Shown here: positions 52,536 to 64,000 of the stretch, one piece after another | How positions within the stretch are numbered: position 1 is the first letter of the stretch | How the letters are laid out: the number at the start of each line of letters is the position of its first letter | Program-made: the position numbers and the translations under genes | NCBI GenBank assembly: GCA_035221665.1 | Contig: CM069147.1 | Location: 17,794,001 to 17,858,000 of the forward strand | Reading direction: 5' to 3' | DNA length: 64,000 bases | DNA from: Okamejei kenojei | Taxonomy: Eukaryota | Notes under the pieces: model-generated | Told to the model about the DNA's origin: nothing | The model's input: only the letters and a program-made list of their open reading frames with translations | The model's database searches: none

Positions 52536-55449
52536 GTTTACTGTTTGATTACTCTTTTTTTCCTAATTACTATTCATACAGGGAATGTGGGTATTGCTGA
52601 TGTCAGTGTTTATTCCCCATTCCTGAAAGCTTGGGAAGATTATGATGAGCTAGCTAGCTCTTGGTGCCACTAAAAAAGGATGGATATTCCCCACAGTACT
52701 AGTAGGTGGTGAATGGCAGAATGCTGACTTGCCAGCCATAAAAAAACTGCAATATTCTCTGTCAGGGTTTTGTGTGTGGAGATGCTAAAGTACCAATATG
52801 CTTGGCTGCAAGAATATTGGCCAGAACACCTGGGAGAACTTCTGTGCCCTTCTTCATGATCATGCCTTGGGATATTTCACATCCTCTTGAAAGGGCAGAA
52901 GAAATTATCTTTAGTGACTGATCTAAAGGACAGCGCTTCTACAATGCACTGCAAATGTCCTTAGTCCTGCCCCGCTGAATGTCAACCTTGTACCAGGAGT
53001 AAGTTTCAAATCTACAACCTCCTGCTTTGAACACAAGCATGCTGTTCACTGCCACGGTGAAGAGTCGTCTGTGCTGGCAACATATCGAGTGCCTAAGTAT
53101 TTTCGGTATCAGATTGCCTGTGCATTTGTGTTTTCTATATGTGTGTGTGTATGTGTTAGTATATGTGCATGTTTGTGTGCCCCCCCTTTGTGTGGTGTCT
53201 GGGTATTTAGTACCTGCACATCAGTACTGATGGCTGTCATCATGACTGACATCACGTGAGAACTCTGCATCTTGGCCTTGGTGCAGGGTGTTTCAAAACA
53301 TTGTGAAAGGGATGTTTAAGATGATGGAAATTCAGGAAATATCTTTGGAATTAATAACTTATCAGGAGAAAGCTTCCAATGCTCTGGGCATCTCTACAGG
53401 ACAAAACAGTTATGATTAGAAGTTTGGTTGTTCAGATTATTTTGGTCAAGAACAGAACATCTTAACGGTGGTGTCACACGTAGGTTCCACTGCACTAAAC
53501 TCCTGTCATGAGAAGTCCATTACAAGGAAAGTAGTTATCTGATAGAAATATATAGTAACAAGGCTTGACTGTATTTATCACTGGTTTCAGCAGAAAACTG
53601 ATACGAGGGATCAATTCTGGAGCATATTCACCCTATGCCACTTAAATATGCTGCAGCACATTATAGCCACTGTAGACAACCCTCAGATGCCATATTGGAA
53701 TGTGCCAAGAAAAATATTTCTGACGTTGATGCTGAACAAGCCAATTAACCAGAAGAAAAAATGGGGCAGCTTGTGTTTACCCAGTTAGAGGAGACTTTAC
53801 TGCATGTTAATTAAACTACTTTGAACAGATGCTACATTTATAAGTTACAACAGATGGGCTCAGTCATGCTAAGAAATATAATTTGTATCAGAAATCACAA
53901 AATCTACCTTCTGAAACATATTGTCGTAGTCAGTCAAGCACACATTATTATTACAGAAAATATTGGGGATACTTAGGTCAGGCAGCATCTGTGAAAAATA
54001 AGTTTTTCTCATTTTTCCAGTTCTGATTAAGGAACATCATCCTGAAAAATTAGTCCTGTTTCTCTCTCCTTAAATGTTGCTTGACTGATTCAGCATTTGT
54101 GGCTTTATTTCTGCTTTTCAGCACCAGTAGTTTTTTTTTGTTTCAATTCTTTGTTATTATGATCGCATCCAGTTACAGCTCCATTCCAGTTTACGAATCC
54201 CCAACTTATGTGCACTCTGAATATGAACGAGCATTTGGCAGTCTGGCAGTGTGGATTTACCAGCTGCTGTGAAGTTATAAGCTTATACGGGTGCATTATC
54301 AACTTGTAAACTGTTTGGATTAAAAACGGTACAGTTCTCAGGAATGGAACTCCGTCATAACCTGGGAAGGTTCGGTACACACTCACATTCCCACCTAACC
54401 ATAGAGAGAAATGTTTCACTTTTCCTATTTCTCTTCTTCGAGTGTAATTATTCAGCAGTGAACCCGACCAACTACCAGAGTGCTTAGTCCCATTGTAGAA
54501 ACAAGAAACTGCAGATGTCGGTTTACAAATAAAAGACACAAAGTGGTGGAGTAACTCAGTGGGTCAGGCAGCAAACCTGGAGAACATAGATACGTGATCT
54601 TCGGTCGCGATCCTTCTTCAGTCATATTACCTGTGTTTTGTTCTCTTGATAAATATGATGTAAAAGACTTTGAAATCATGAATGAGCTCTCCAGGCTATT
54701 GTTCCAGGTTCAGCTCATTCAGGATTTCAATGTATTTATGCAGCTCCCTTAATATCTATTAAATAGATTGCCATCCATTTTCCAAGTTCATTTACATCAC
54801 TGGTCCAGTATCAACAATTTCTGCACTCACAACCCATGAGGTTGATGTAGAGCTCTTGAGATTGCCACATAAATTTGCCATCCCACCCCCTTAAATGACA
54901 CTGTAGAGATAGTTCAGTTACTTAAATATTACTGTGTAACAGTAATATGAGATATTGGAGTTAACATTGATCCCTCCTTCAACCAACTAGTGAGTGGCAG
55001 AGCTCTAATTGGGGTGCTTCATTGAAGACCCACAGAATGGTTTGTCATACATTGGGCCAATGCAGGTAAGAACACCAAATTTCCAGCCCAAGAGGACATC
55101 AGTGAACTGTGTGGGGAGGAGTTTAACATAACAATGCTTTCAAGGTCACCATTGCTCCAGTTTTAGTTAATCAATTGTGAGATTATACTCACAATCTTTG
55201 AATTTGTGTCTTTTGACCATTAGTCCAATAACCACTGTTACTGAACACACGAACCAGCTGTCAGTCAATAATTTTCCAGATTAATAACATTGAGGAGTTG
55301 TAAGCGAAATCAATAGATTTATTTTCACAGCTAGACCACTTTTCAAATTGCTCTGCGCCATCAGGTATCACTGAGTGGGAGACAGGACAGTACTAAAATG
55401 CCAGTCTAAGTACTCCAAAAAATAGCTAACATTTGACATATTAAGTATT

Positions 55450-55566
55450 AAAGAAGGAACTGCAGATGCTGGAGAATCAAGGGTTACACAAAAGGCTGGA
55501 GAAACTCAGCGGGTGCAGCAGCATCTAAGGAGCGAAGGAGATAGGCGACGTTTCGGGTCGAGACCC
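55450..55566 (-). mobile_element. Short young PLE-derived insertion with 11-bp TSD tattaagtatt
   Basis: TSD at 55439-55449 and 55567-55577. 83 nt are identical in reverse complement to 50042-50124. Confidence 0.85.
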
Positions 55567-55899
55567 TATTAAGTATTTTGGTTATTATGTTATCAACTAA
55601 TGGTCAGAAAATATCAAGTCAGATCGCATCACAGCGGCTGGGGAGGTTCGACGTGTCCACGCACTGCAGACCAGCTATTACCAAAACAGACAAGATGCCA
55701 GAGAGAGATGCCGTAGCACCAGTGTACAAGTTGGAGGAATGAACTAACTGATGTTAGTTGGTGCACTGACCTCACCGTTGATATTGTGATTCAGTGACTG
55801 CTATAAAGGAATGACAGGGAAGGAAGCTGGATTTTTTCCGAGCATGGACAGTCAGCAGTTTTGTATGGAAAGTCTGTAACGTGCCATTCCTTATGCTGA

Positions 55900-56124
<225 letters not shown>

Positions 56125-56909
56125 CTTTACTGTCTAGAGGCAAATTTGGTGATGATTATTGAATGCAAGTTGGTAAATAAAGGCATAACGTATATAATTC
56201 TTTTTAGTTGTTATCATAAGCTGCCAACAGAACTAGACTCCTGAAACCCGCAGCCTTATCACAAACTTGTATACGATTAACACCTTACTTCACTTTAAGA
56301 GAAATTTTACAAGAATCTTTGAAAAAAATCCCCAAATCCCCGTCACCACCTTCCACCATCACTGGAAGGTGAGCCCTTTTATTGCTATTGTGTCTGCCTG
56401 TTTTTAACACTTGACTGTGCTCTGGAACCCGTCTGCCACTTCACCTTCCAAGCACAAGGCCGAGTTTCCAGTGTTTAGTTCCGTGGCAGCTCTTTGACTA
56501 ATATGTTAGGAAACCTGAGGACGCACAGGACAGCACCATGACAGCTGCATTGAGCCTCCCTCTTCACATGGTGGAATGGAACGGCCCTGAGTTAAGCACA
56601 GCAACAGCCTTGGATCTTTCCACTCCGACCGAGGGAGGAGAGGGGCTTCCGTTTACTAAAAAAGCTTGAAGGTCTACTCTTGCCAGAGAAGTTTTTATTT
56701 TGTTTTCTTTCTTTGACTATCCTTACCAGTGCCAACTTGCCCATCCAGCCCTTTCCTTACCCTTCCCTGTGGTGAGCTTGTGAAAATGGCTTAGCCAAGT
56801 TGGTGACCTGATAAATGTTTCTCCTGCTCCCTCCCCTCAGAGTGTGCATGAAGAATCTATTGCGTGTTTTGTGTGACGGGAAGGTTCCCCCCAGATTCCC
56901 TTTCTGCAG

Positions 56910-57935
56910 ACTGTATAATGGACTATCCTGGTGCCCTTATGTACAGATAGCATGATCTTTGGCCTTTGTGAGACACAGCCTTCCTACACGGTCAATTCAA
57001 CCTTCTGGAAACTGAATGGTGGTTGTGTGTTTCAGTAGAATGCTGTATATCTGGTTTTAGCCCAGTCTTTAAAAGTAGAAGCTAAAATAATAAATTATTT
57101 AAAAAATCAATATCCTGTGCTTTGTAGCTTCAAAAAGTAATTTCCCCCAATTTTTTTTTAAAATTCAAGACATTTTGCAGAGAGGTTGTGTACAACACTT
57201 TGATTAGTTGACCCAAATTAATGTTTTGGATTATACTGTTTCAGCACTGCTTTGATTACTCTTTAGCCACATACTGCATTTGCAACATCTTTACTAGGCC
57301 CGGAGTCCTTCAGCACGCACTATGGACCCTGACTGTCTCTCAAGACAGCGCAACTGTACAGTAACAAGGAAACTCTGCTTAGATTTCTTAGTTCTAATTG
57401 TATTGGGATTAAAAATATAACTAAATTTGTTCACCCTCCAGGTTTGTATAGAAAAGCACAGCTCTCACTGGCCAAGTAGGTGCAGTAAAGATGTCCCCTT
57501 TTACAATATTTGCTATGATAATGTGTAATATATAAGTTAGGCTTTATTTCTTTCTCAGTGAACTTCTGTGCTGCTAATTCATCTTTTTAGTGAATGGTGT
57601 TTTCTCCTGTGGGATGTTAGTGACGCAAACACCTCGAATGTAGTGTTTACATTAAAGCCACAGTTTTCATGACCAATATTGTTTGTCATTTCCTAGTTTG
57701 ATTGAAACAAGGTTGCACCCCACCGTCTCACTCTGAATAACTCGTGACCCTTAAACGCTGACAGTGAACCAGCTTGTAGGAAAAATGGTGGCTGTCTGTG
57801 GTGGAGGCGTTTCTACTTTATTTATTGATTTGTTTCTTCGATCTGGTGTCTGTTCAACGTGGCCAGTCTCTTTTACAGATGATGGAATATTCGTGTGTAG
57901 CTCTTAAATAAAGAGGAAATTTGTCAGTAACACCA
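56910..57935 (+). other. GNAO1: Probable non-coding 3'UTR exon 9 of the GoA transcript (intron 56149-56909)
   Basis: Donor-like tttg|GTgatg 24 nt after the stop codon and acceptor ttccctttctgcAG|actg. Downstream blocks (tagcatgatctttggcctttgtgagacacagcc; gtagaatgctgta; tgtgctttgtagctt) resemble my recollection of the mammalian GNAO1 variant-1 last exon. The region is repeat-free. The 3' end is estimated from the AATAAA. Confidence 0.7.
57907..57912 (+). terminator. Candidate polyadenylation signal for GoA mRNA
   Basis: AATAAA followed by U/GU-rich sequence (ttctgtttatgattttcttttatgtgc...). A proximal AATAAA also lies at 57089-57094. Confidence 0.55.
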
Positions 57936-59060
57936 AGTCTCCTAACCTCTGGTTTTCAGAATTACAAAGTTCCTTCTGTTTATGATTTTCTTTTATGTGC
58001 TTGGTACATTTGTGCAGTCTTTGTTTTTTTTTATTCTCTGTTGAAATGTGTGGGAGCTGCCTGTTATTTAGCATTACCTTGCCCATCGAGTGGTGCTGCT
58101 CACATTTCAGTCCCCACGTGGGATGTTTGGTTGTGATCAGTGACAATAAGCAGTGCAGAGGAACCACAGTCGGTTTCATTTGAACTTAAAGCACACCAAA
58201 AAGTCTTGCGTGATGCCTCATCTACTAAATTCTATAAAAATATGTAGCAAGCTTCTTTCTGTGCCTGACAGATTAAAAGAGTCACAGAAACAGTCTGTTA
58301 TCTTTGAATTTCTGTCAGACTCTTGGTGAAGAATTAGGTTTTAATTCACTCTGGTTTTATCCAATTTAACATTTAGCCTCATTCTTATGTTAAAACACAT
58401 CCTCATTTAAGCACTTGGTGAGCAGACCATTAAGGGCCACTTTGGAATCCAGCAATTCTTGCATGTAGATGCCAGTTTTCTGGGTTCAAAGGCAATGTAG
58501 CAATGAGACCTTTGCTAATTTTAAGGATGAGTTTCACTGATATTGGGAACAACTTTAATTTGGTGAAATGTTTTAAGCATCACATACATGTTATGTTGTT
58601 CATTTGTAGCCTAAAGAATTATTAAACTCAAATGAAATTAATTGTCCCTGTTATTACCTCTATGAAACAGATGCATAGTAACATTAGATACTGGGATGCA
58701 GGGGATGGGTTGGCATGGGTTGATGTAGGGGTAAATCAACAATGAGATTAAATATGCTTACACACACACACATTTTATGACGTTACAAAGTGATTTCTGG
58801 TTTTAAATGAACCTCAATTGGTAGTTTAATTCCAAAGTTAAGTTTCAGCAGACTCCATAAATTCTGCAATGGGAATACGCCATTCAACATTTTCAGTGCT
58901 TTACAGATAGTGTAAGACTGTCAATTAAAACCAACTGATTTCAAATGTTTCCCCAAAAAACATTGTTTCACGCACCTGATCTCCAAAACGGTGATGGTTA
59001 ATGTGAGCCAGACCTGTCCCTGGCAATGAGAATTAATGGATGTAAACTATGTAAGAAAAA

Positions 59061-59407
59061 GGCGGCATTGTGACACAGCTGGTAAAGCTGCTGCCTCACA
59101 TGGCCTGAGACTCAAATTCATTCTGATCTCGGGTGCTGTTTGGGTGGAGTTTGCATGTTTTCCCTGGGACCACATGTGTTTTCTCTGAGTGCTTCAATTT
59201 CCTCCCACATCCCAAAGACATGCAGATTGGTAGGTTAATTGGCCACTATGAATTGTCCCTAGTGTAGGTAAGTGGTAAAATATGAAAGGAGATGATAAAA
59301 ATCTGGAGAAAAAAAAATGGAATTAATATAGAATTAATATAAATGGGTGGTTGATGGTTGGCATGGACTTGTTGGACTAAAGGATCTGTTTTCATGCTAT
59401 ATCTCTG
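59061..59407 (+). mobile_element. V-SINE (HE1-like)
   Basis: Head ggcggcattgtgacacagctgg, V-domain gtggagtttgcatgtt...cctcccacatcccaaagacatgcag, and tail. Confidence 0.8.
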
Positions 59408-62249
59408 TGTAGCTCTATGGACATAGCAATTGATTAGGGACAAGGGAATTAATACTATTAAAGGGACAGTCCTGGAAAGGTAGTCAATATTATCACGGTG
59501 GACTTTTGGAAGGATACAAAGAGTCCTGAATTGGTCTTGGAAGTAATATATTTCTTAAAAAAATTAAACCACCCTGCAAAAACTTGCAATGGTTTCTCTG
59601 TAAAGATATTGCATTATGTGCAATGCCTATGTGACAAAATCTGACCAGGTCCAGGAATGAAAAAATATTATATTATTTAAAATTATGAAAACTATGTTTC
59701 AGTAGAATACTAGCTGTTACCCACACAATCCCAGGAAATGATATTAGACTACATTAAAAAAAAGGGGTGGGATGCTTTGTATCACATTAAATGCAAAACT
59801 AAACATGCCCACTTTAACAGAATCAGATAGCGGGCAAGATGGGCAGATTATCGGAAATTAGTTGCCTATTTAACTTGACTAATGAGATTTATTGGGTTTT
59901 ATTTATAATAAATAGGGCTACAAAAATAGGACGGTCTTGGTGCTCTGTAAAATCGCACATGGAGTAGCGTGAATGGTTTCTAGTCTTCTTATCGAAGAAA
60001 ACATAAATCTGTTTTGGTGTATGTAGATTCAGTATATATATTCATGGGAAGTGTGCGAGTGAGTAATTTTAGCCAACACTATGTGAACTCAGAAGAATCT
60101 GTGAAGATGTAATTCAAACAAGTAAGACACTGGGAGGGATTAATAAGGAAGAAGTTCGTCTATCTTCTACTTTATACCTAATACCCTGTAATCCAGGCAG
60201 CATTCTGGTAAGCATCTTCTGCACTTTCTCCAAACCCTCCACATCCATCCTTTAATACAGTGCCGGAACTCCACACAGTACTACAAAAGGAATATTATAC
60301 TCAATACAACAATTTAACTCTTAATTTCTAAATTCTGGAGAGTGTAGGCCAAGTTGGCTTAATCTCTCCGCAAATGGCGAACCCTGCATCCTGAGAATCA
60401 ACCTGGTGAACTATCACTACACACCCTCAATTGTAAGTATATACTACCTTGGATAGGGAATTCAGGCATCTGCACAATATTCCAGTATATAAATTAATTC
60501 CCCCACCCCCTTCACTACACTGCTGCTTTAGTAACCTGGTATCAAAGTTGGTCATGTGATTGCATGCATCAGAAAATCCATGTCACCACTCAAAAAATAA
60601 GCCTTGATCCTTCCCCAAGAAAATTGAGAGAATAACGAATGTCTCACTTTAGAACTCCCAGCCTCAATAAACCAGATCTGAAGCAATGTTTTAACACCCC
60701 ATCTGAGGAGAGAGAATTCTGGTCGAATTTTGAATGTCCAGCATCTGCAGCTTTTTGATTTTCATCCCGTTAATTGCCCAACCACTGCTTTTCATAGGAA
60801 AGTTATTTTATCCTCCATTTTAGTAAAAAGTGCTTTGTAACTTCCTGCGGAAAGGCCTGATTCTGGTTTCATTTATCCTATGTCATAGACTCGCCAATCA
60901 GTGGAAAACATTTTTTTCCCCATCAAAACATAGAAACATAGAAAATAGGTGCAGGAGGAGACCATTCGGCCCTTCAAGCCAGCACTGCCATTCATTGTGA
61001 TCATGGCTGATCGTCCCCCATCAATAATCCGTGCCTGCCCTCTCCCCATATCCCTTGACCACTAGCCCCTAGAGCTCTATCTAACTCTCTCTTAAATCCA
61101 TCCAGTGATTTGGCTTCCACTGCCCTCTGTGGCAGGGAATTCCATAAATTCACAACTCTCTGGGTGAAAAAGTTTTTTCTCACATCAGTCTTAAATAACC
61201 TCCCCTGTATTCTAAAACCTTTCAAAATCCTAAACAATAAAATCAGCTGAATGTCAAAACTCTTATGATTATAAATATAGTTTATGAAATATCTGCTCAT
61301 AATCTAATCCTTTGAGCCCCTGTAACATCCAGGTGAAACTGTGCTGCACAGTCTTAGATCACCTCAGGCATCTGAAGTTGTCATGGCAAGAACACCAGAC
61401 AGATGTGGCTCACTGTGAAGATCTAGAGTGCAGCAAAGCAATTACAGGTTGTCCCCAGGTTACTAATGTCCAATTTGTGTTATGCCCATACAAGCAAATA
61501 AGTATTTGGGTAACCAGCTAGATGGATTTTCCGACTGCTGTGGGCTGCAGATGACTGGTCTTGCCACTAGCTGAATTTTGCCACATCAAACCCAGGAAGA
61601 CTGAATTCCATTTTAACTAATTGATGTCCATTTTGTGAATCCTATTGAGAGAGACACCTTCCGGTCCAGCTGCAGTGCCCTTTTTAAAGCCACCAAAAGC
61701 ATTTTAAACCTCATCTGCAGTAAAATCACCAACTCTTCGGTCTCATGGGACAACCTACCTATGGAGTCATCATCTGCTGAGCGGGAACTCCAGGCCCATT
61801 TCTGACGTTAACTGTTAGGGTTAGGAACTATTCTCAGTAACCGAATCCTGCAATAACCCAGAATGGACGTCTCTACATTCTAGCTCTCTCTTTAAACCAA
61901 TTAATATTCTATTTGCTTTCCGTCTTTATTTGCTCCTGGCCTTAAATTTACTGTACACAATAGGTTTCATCAAGGTCTGGAATTCAAGATTATTGAAACT
62001 GATTGTGTTAGTCACGCATGGCTGAATTTGCCCACCTGTCCCTGTACTGGTTTTCTTTGTCAGTATTTGCTCCCTAGTAAAGAAAATTATACTAAAAGCC
62101 CATTAATCTGGCATGTTGAAAATTCTAGCCAAGCTAGTAGATTTGCCAGGCTATTGGATGCTATTCTATTCATTCTCCAACAGACATCACACATTTAATT
62201 CCAGTGTCAGGAACCCTAACCCCCCCCCAACATATCTCATCTACCCAGC

Positions 62250-64000
62250 CACACCTCCACCTGCACACACACTTTTTTTTCTTTCTCTCTATCTTTGTTC
62301 ACCCATTTCCTTGTCCCACCCTTCCTACTCAGGGTCCCTCATCCCCCCACTCCAAGCTACCCATCTTCCCTCCCTCTGGTTCTACATTTCACTCCTCGCC
62401 TCACATTCTTATCACATTCCACCCTCTGCACACTTTTGTCTTCAATTTTCACCTCCATTCAATGCTATTATCTCTACTCTTCTCTCATACACCTGATTCC
62501 TCTGTCAATGGACCCCCTCTTCACCAGGATCCACCTATCTCTTGCTAGCCTTTGCTCCACCACTTTCTCCTTTCCACCAGCCCTCTCTACTCGATCAGAA
62601 AAAGCCAATCTGAATCTTTGTCTGTCCATTTCCCTCCACAGATGCCGCCTGACCTGCTAAGTTCCTCCAGCAGTTTGTTTTTATTCAAGATTCCAGCATC
62701 TGCAATCTCCTGTGTCTTGGTCACACATTTAATACACGTTTTCTCAAAATGTTACACTGTAATATAATGTGTTCTTTCCAGTGAAACCAGTGAGATTAAA
62801 GGGAGCAAACCATAAAACGTTGGTGGATCTCAGCAGGTCGAGCAGCATTTGTTGAGTAGTTGGGAGAAACTTGGAAACGAAAGGTGGAAGTGGGACAAAA
62901 CCTGGCAAGTGGCAGGTGGATAAAAGGGAGGGGGAGGAGGGGTTGATTGGCAGATGGGTGATATATATGTGACAAAGACTGGAGATGAAAAGGAGACAAG
63001 GAGAGAAGTGAAAGAGTGAAATGTTAAGCTAAAGGGAGGGGGGATAAAAGAGAACTGAGTCATTTGGGGATGGGAGATAGGAAAATACAAAGGAGGTGAA
63101 AGGCACAGGGTATCGAGGGGGCTGGGAGATTTGGGGAGAAATGTGTGAACACTGAAGTGGGGGGTGGGGGGGTGGGGAGAAGGCGGGATAAAGAGATGGG
63201 GTATAGGGGGAGTATTACTTGGAATTGGAGAATGTGATGTTCGTACCATTGGGTTGTGAGCTTCCCAAGCAGAATATGTGATGGCATTTCTCCAGTTTGC
63301 GTGTAGCCTAACTCTGAAAATGGAGGAGGCCTAGGACAGAAAGGTCAATGTGGGAATGGGAAGGGGAGCTAAAATGGTTAGCAACCGAAAGCTCCGGAGG
63401 GCCTTGGCAGAGCACATGTTCAGCAAAACGGTCATCTAGTCTGCACAGTCTTGGAGGACAAATTCGGGATCACCGTATACAATAGATGAAGTCTGGAAAC
63501 GTTGCTGGGGTCCCTGGATGAAAGTGAGGGAGGAGGTGTGAGCACTGCAGGAAAAGGTTACAGATTGCATCTGCAGGAAAAAGTTGCAGGTTAGGTGGGA
63601 AGAGATGGGTGAAGGAGTTGTGTTTGAAAGGGAGCATGGGAAACAAGGCATCGCTGAGTTCAAAGGGGACTTAAGAAGTAGAATTAGCTGTTCTAGGATT
63701 CCTCAGATTAGCAGAAATTTCATGATTCCAGATCTTAACTAAAAGGCCATCTGGGCCCATGGATAGCAACACAATAACTGGCCAGCAGATGTCACTCCTG
63801 GTCAAGACCAGAATTCAAGTTGCCTTGAAGATAAGACACAAAATGCTGGAGTAACTCAACATTTCTGGAGATAAGGAATGGGTGATGTTTTGGGTTGAGA
63901 CCCTTCTTCGGACTGTTGTCAGGGGAGTGGGCAGTACATAGATAAGAAAGTGTATAGATAATGAAGTGTAAGGTGTGAAAACAGGACAAAGGGAATGGAG
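62250..64000. mobile_element. Cluster of Penelope-like fragments (+ 62250-62720; - 62795-63430 with GIY-YIG tail; - 63825-end)
   Basis: Shared pLTR terminus (cagatgc..cctgacctgct..gttcctccagca). On the minus strand, the GIY-YIG tail (ggttgctaaccattttagc...cttgggaagctcacaaccc) lies at ~63230-63390. Confidence 0.72.

Noticed and set aside
62113-63287. Pro/Ser/His-rich ORFs of 114-139 aa
   Set aside because: They are translations of the pyrimidine-rich PLE 3'UTR low-complexity tract.
58000-64000. Expected tail-to-tail neighbour gene (AMFR in mammals) on the minus strand
   Set aside because: No recognisable coding exon. The region is SINE, CR1 and PLE fragments plus AT-rich unique DNA.

Overview
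Eukaryotic vertebrate genomic DNA, probably a cartilaginous fish and most likely a skate or ray. That is inferred from the repeats: HE1/V-SINEs, CR1 and Rex1 LINE tails, and Penelope-like elements (PLEs). The window holds the 3' two-thirds of GNAO1 (G protein alpha-o) on the + strand. Common exons 4, 5 and 6 (161/129/130 bp) are followed by the duplicated alternative terminal cassettes 7B+8B (Gao2/GoB) and 7A+8A (Gao1/GoA), each 154+188 bp, all with GT-AG sites and matching phases. A probable 3'UTR intron and non-coding exon 9 follow exon 8A. Exons 1-3 lie upstream of the window. Nearly all other listed ORFs are spurious or decayed TE fragments. The most notable items are: (1) a decayed IR/DR Tc1 transposon just after exon 7B, whose right end carries an inverted 71-bp copy of the left host flank plus a second TIR tip, a template-switch footprint that creates a ~290-bp foldback starting 37 nt from the 7B donor; (2) more than 20 PLE-derived short elements with a minimal hammerhead-ribozyme-like core, many as inverted dimers with TSDs, including one in the GoB 3'UTR and an identical inverted pair across intron 7A; (3) a TGCATG (Rbfox) cluster upstream of exon 7B; (4) an unexplained, nearly ungapped 128-bp duplicated element in intron 4. 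Repeat coordinates are approximate. Family names and comparisons to human come from recall, not from database searches.
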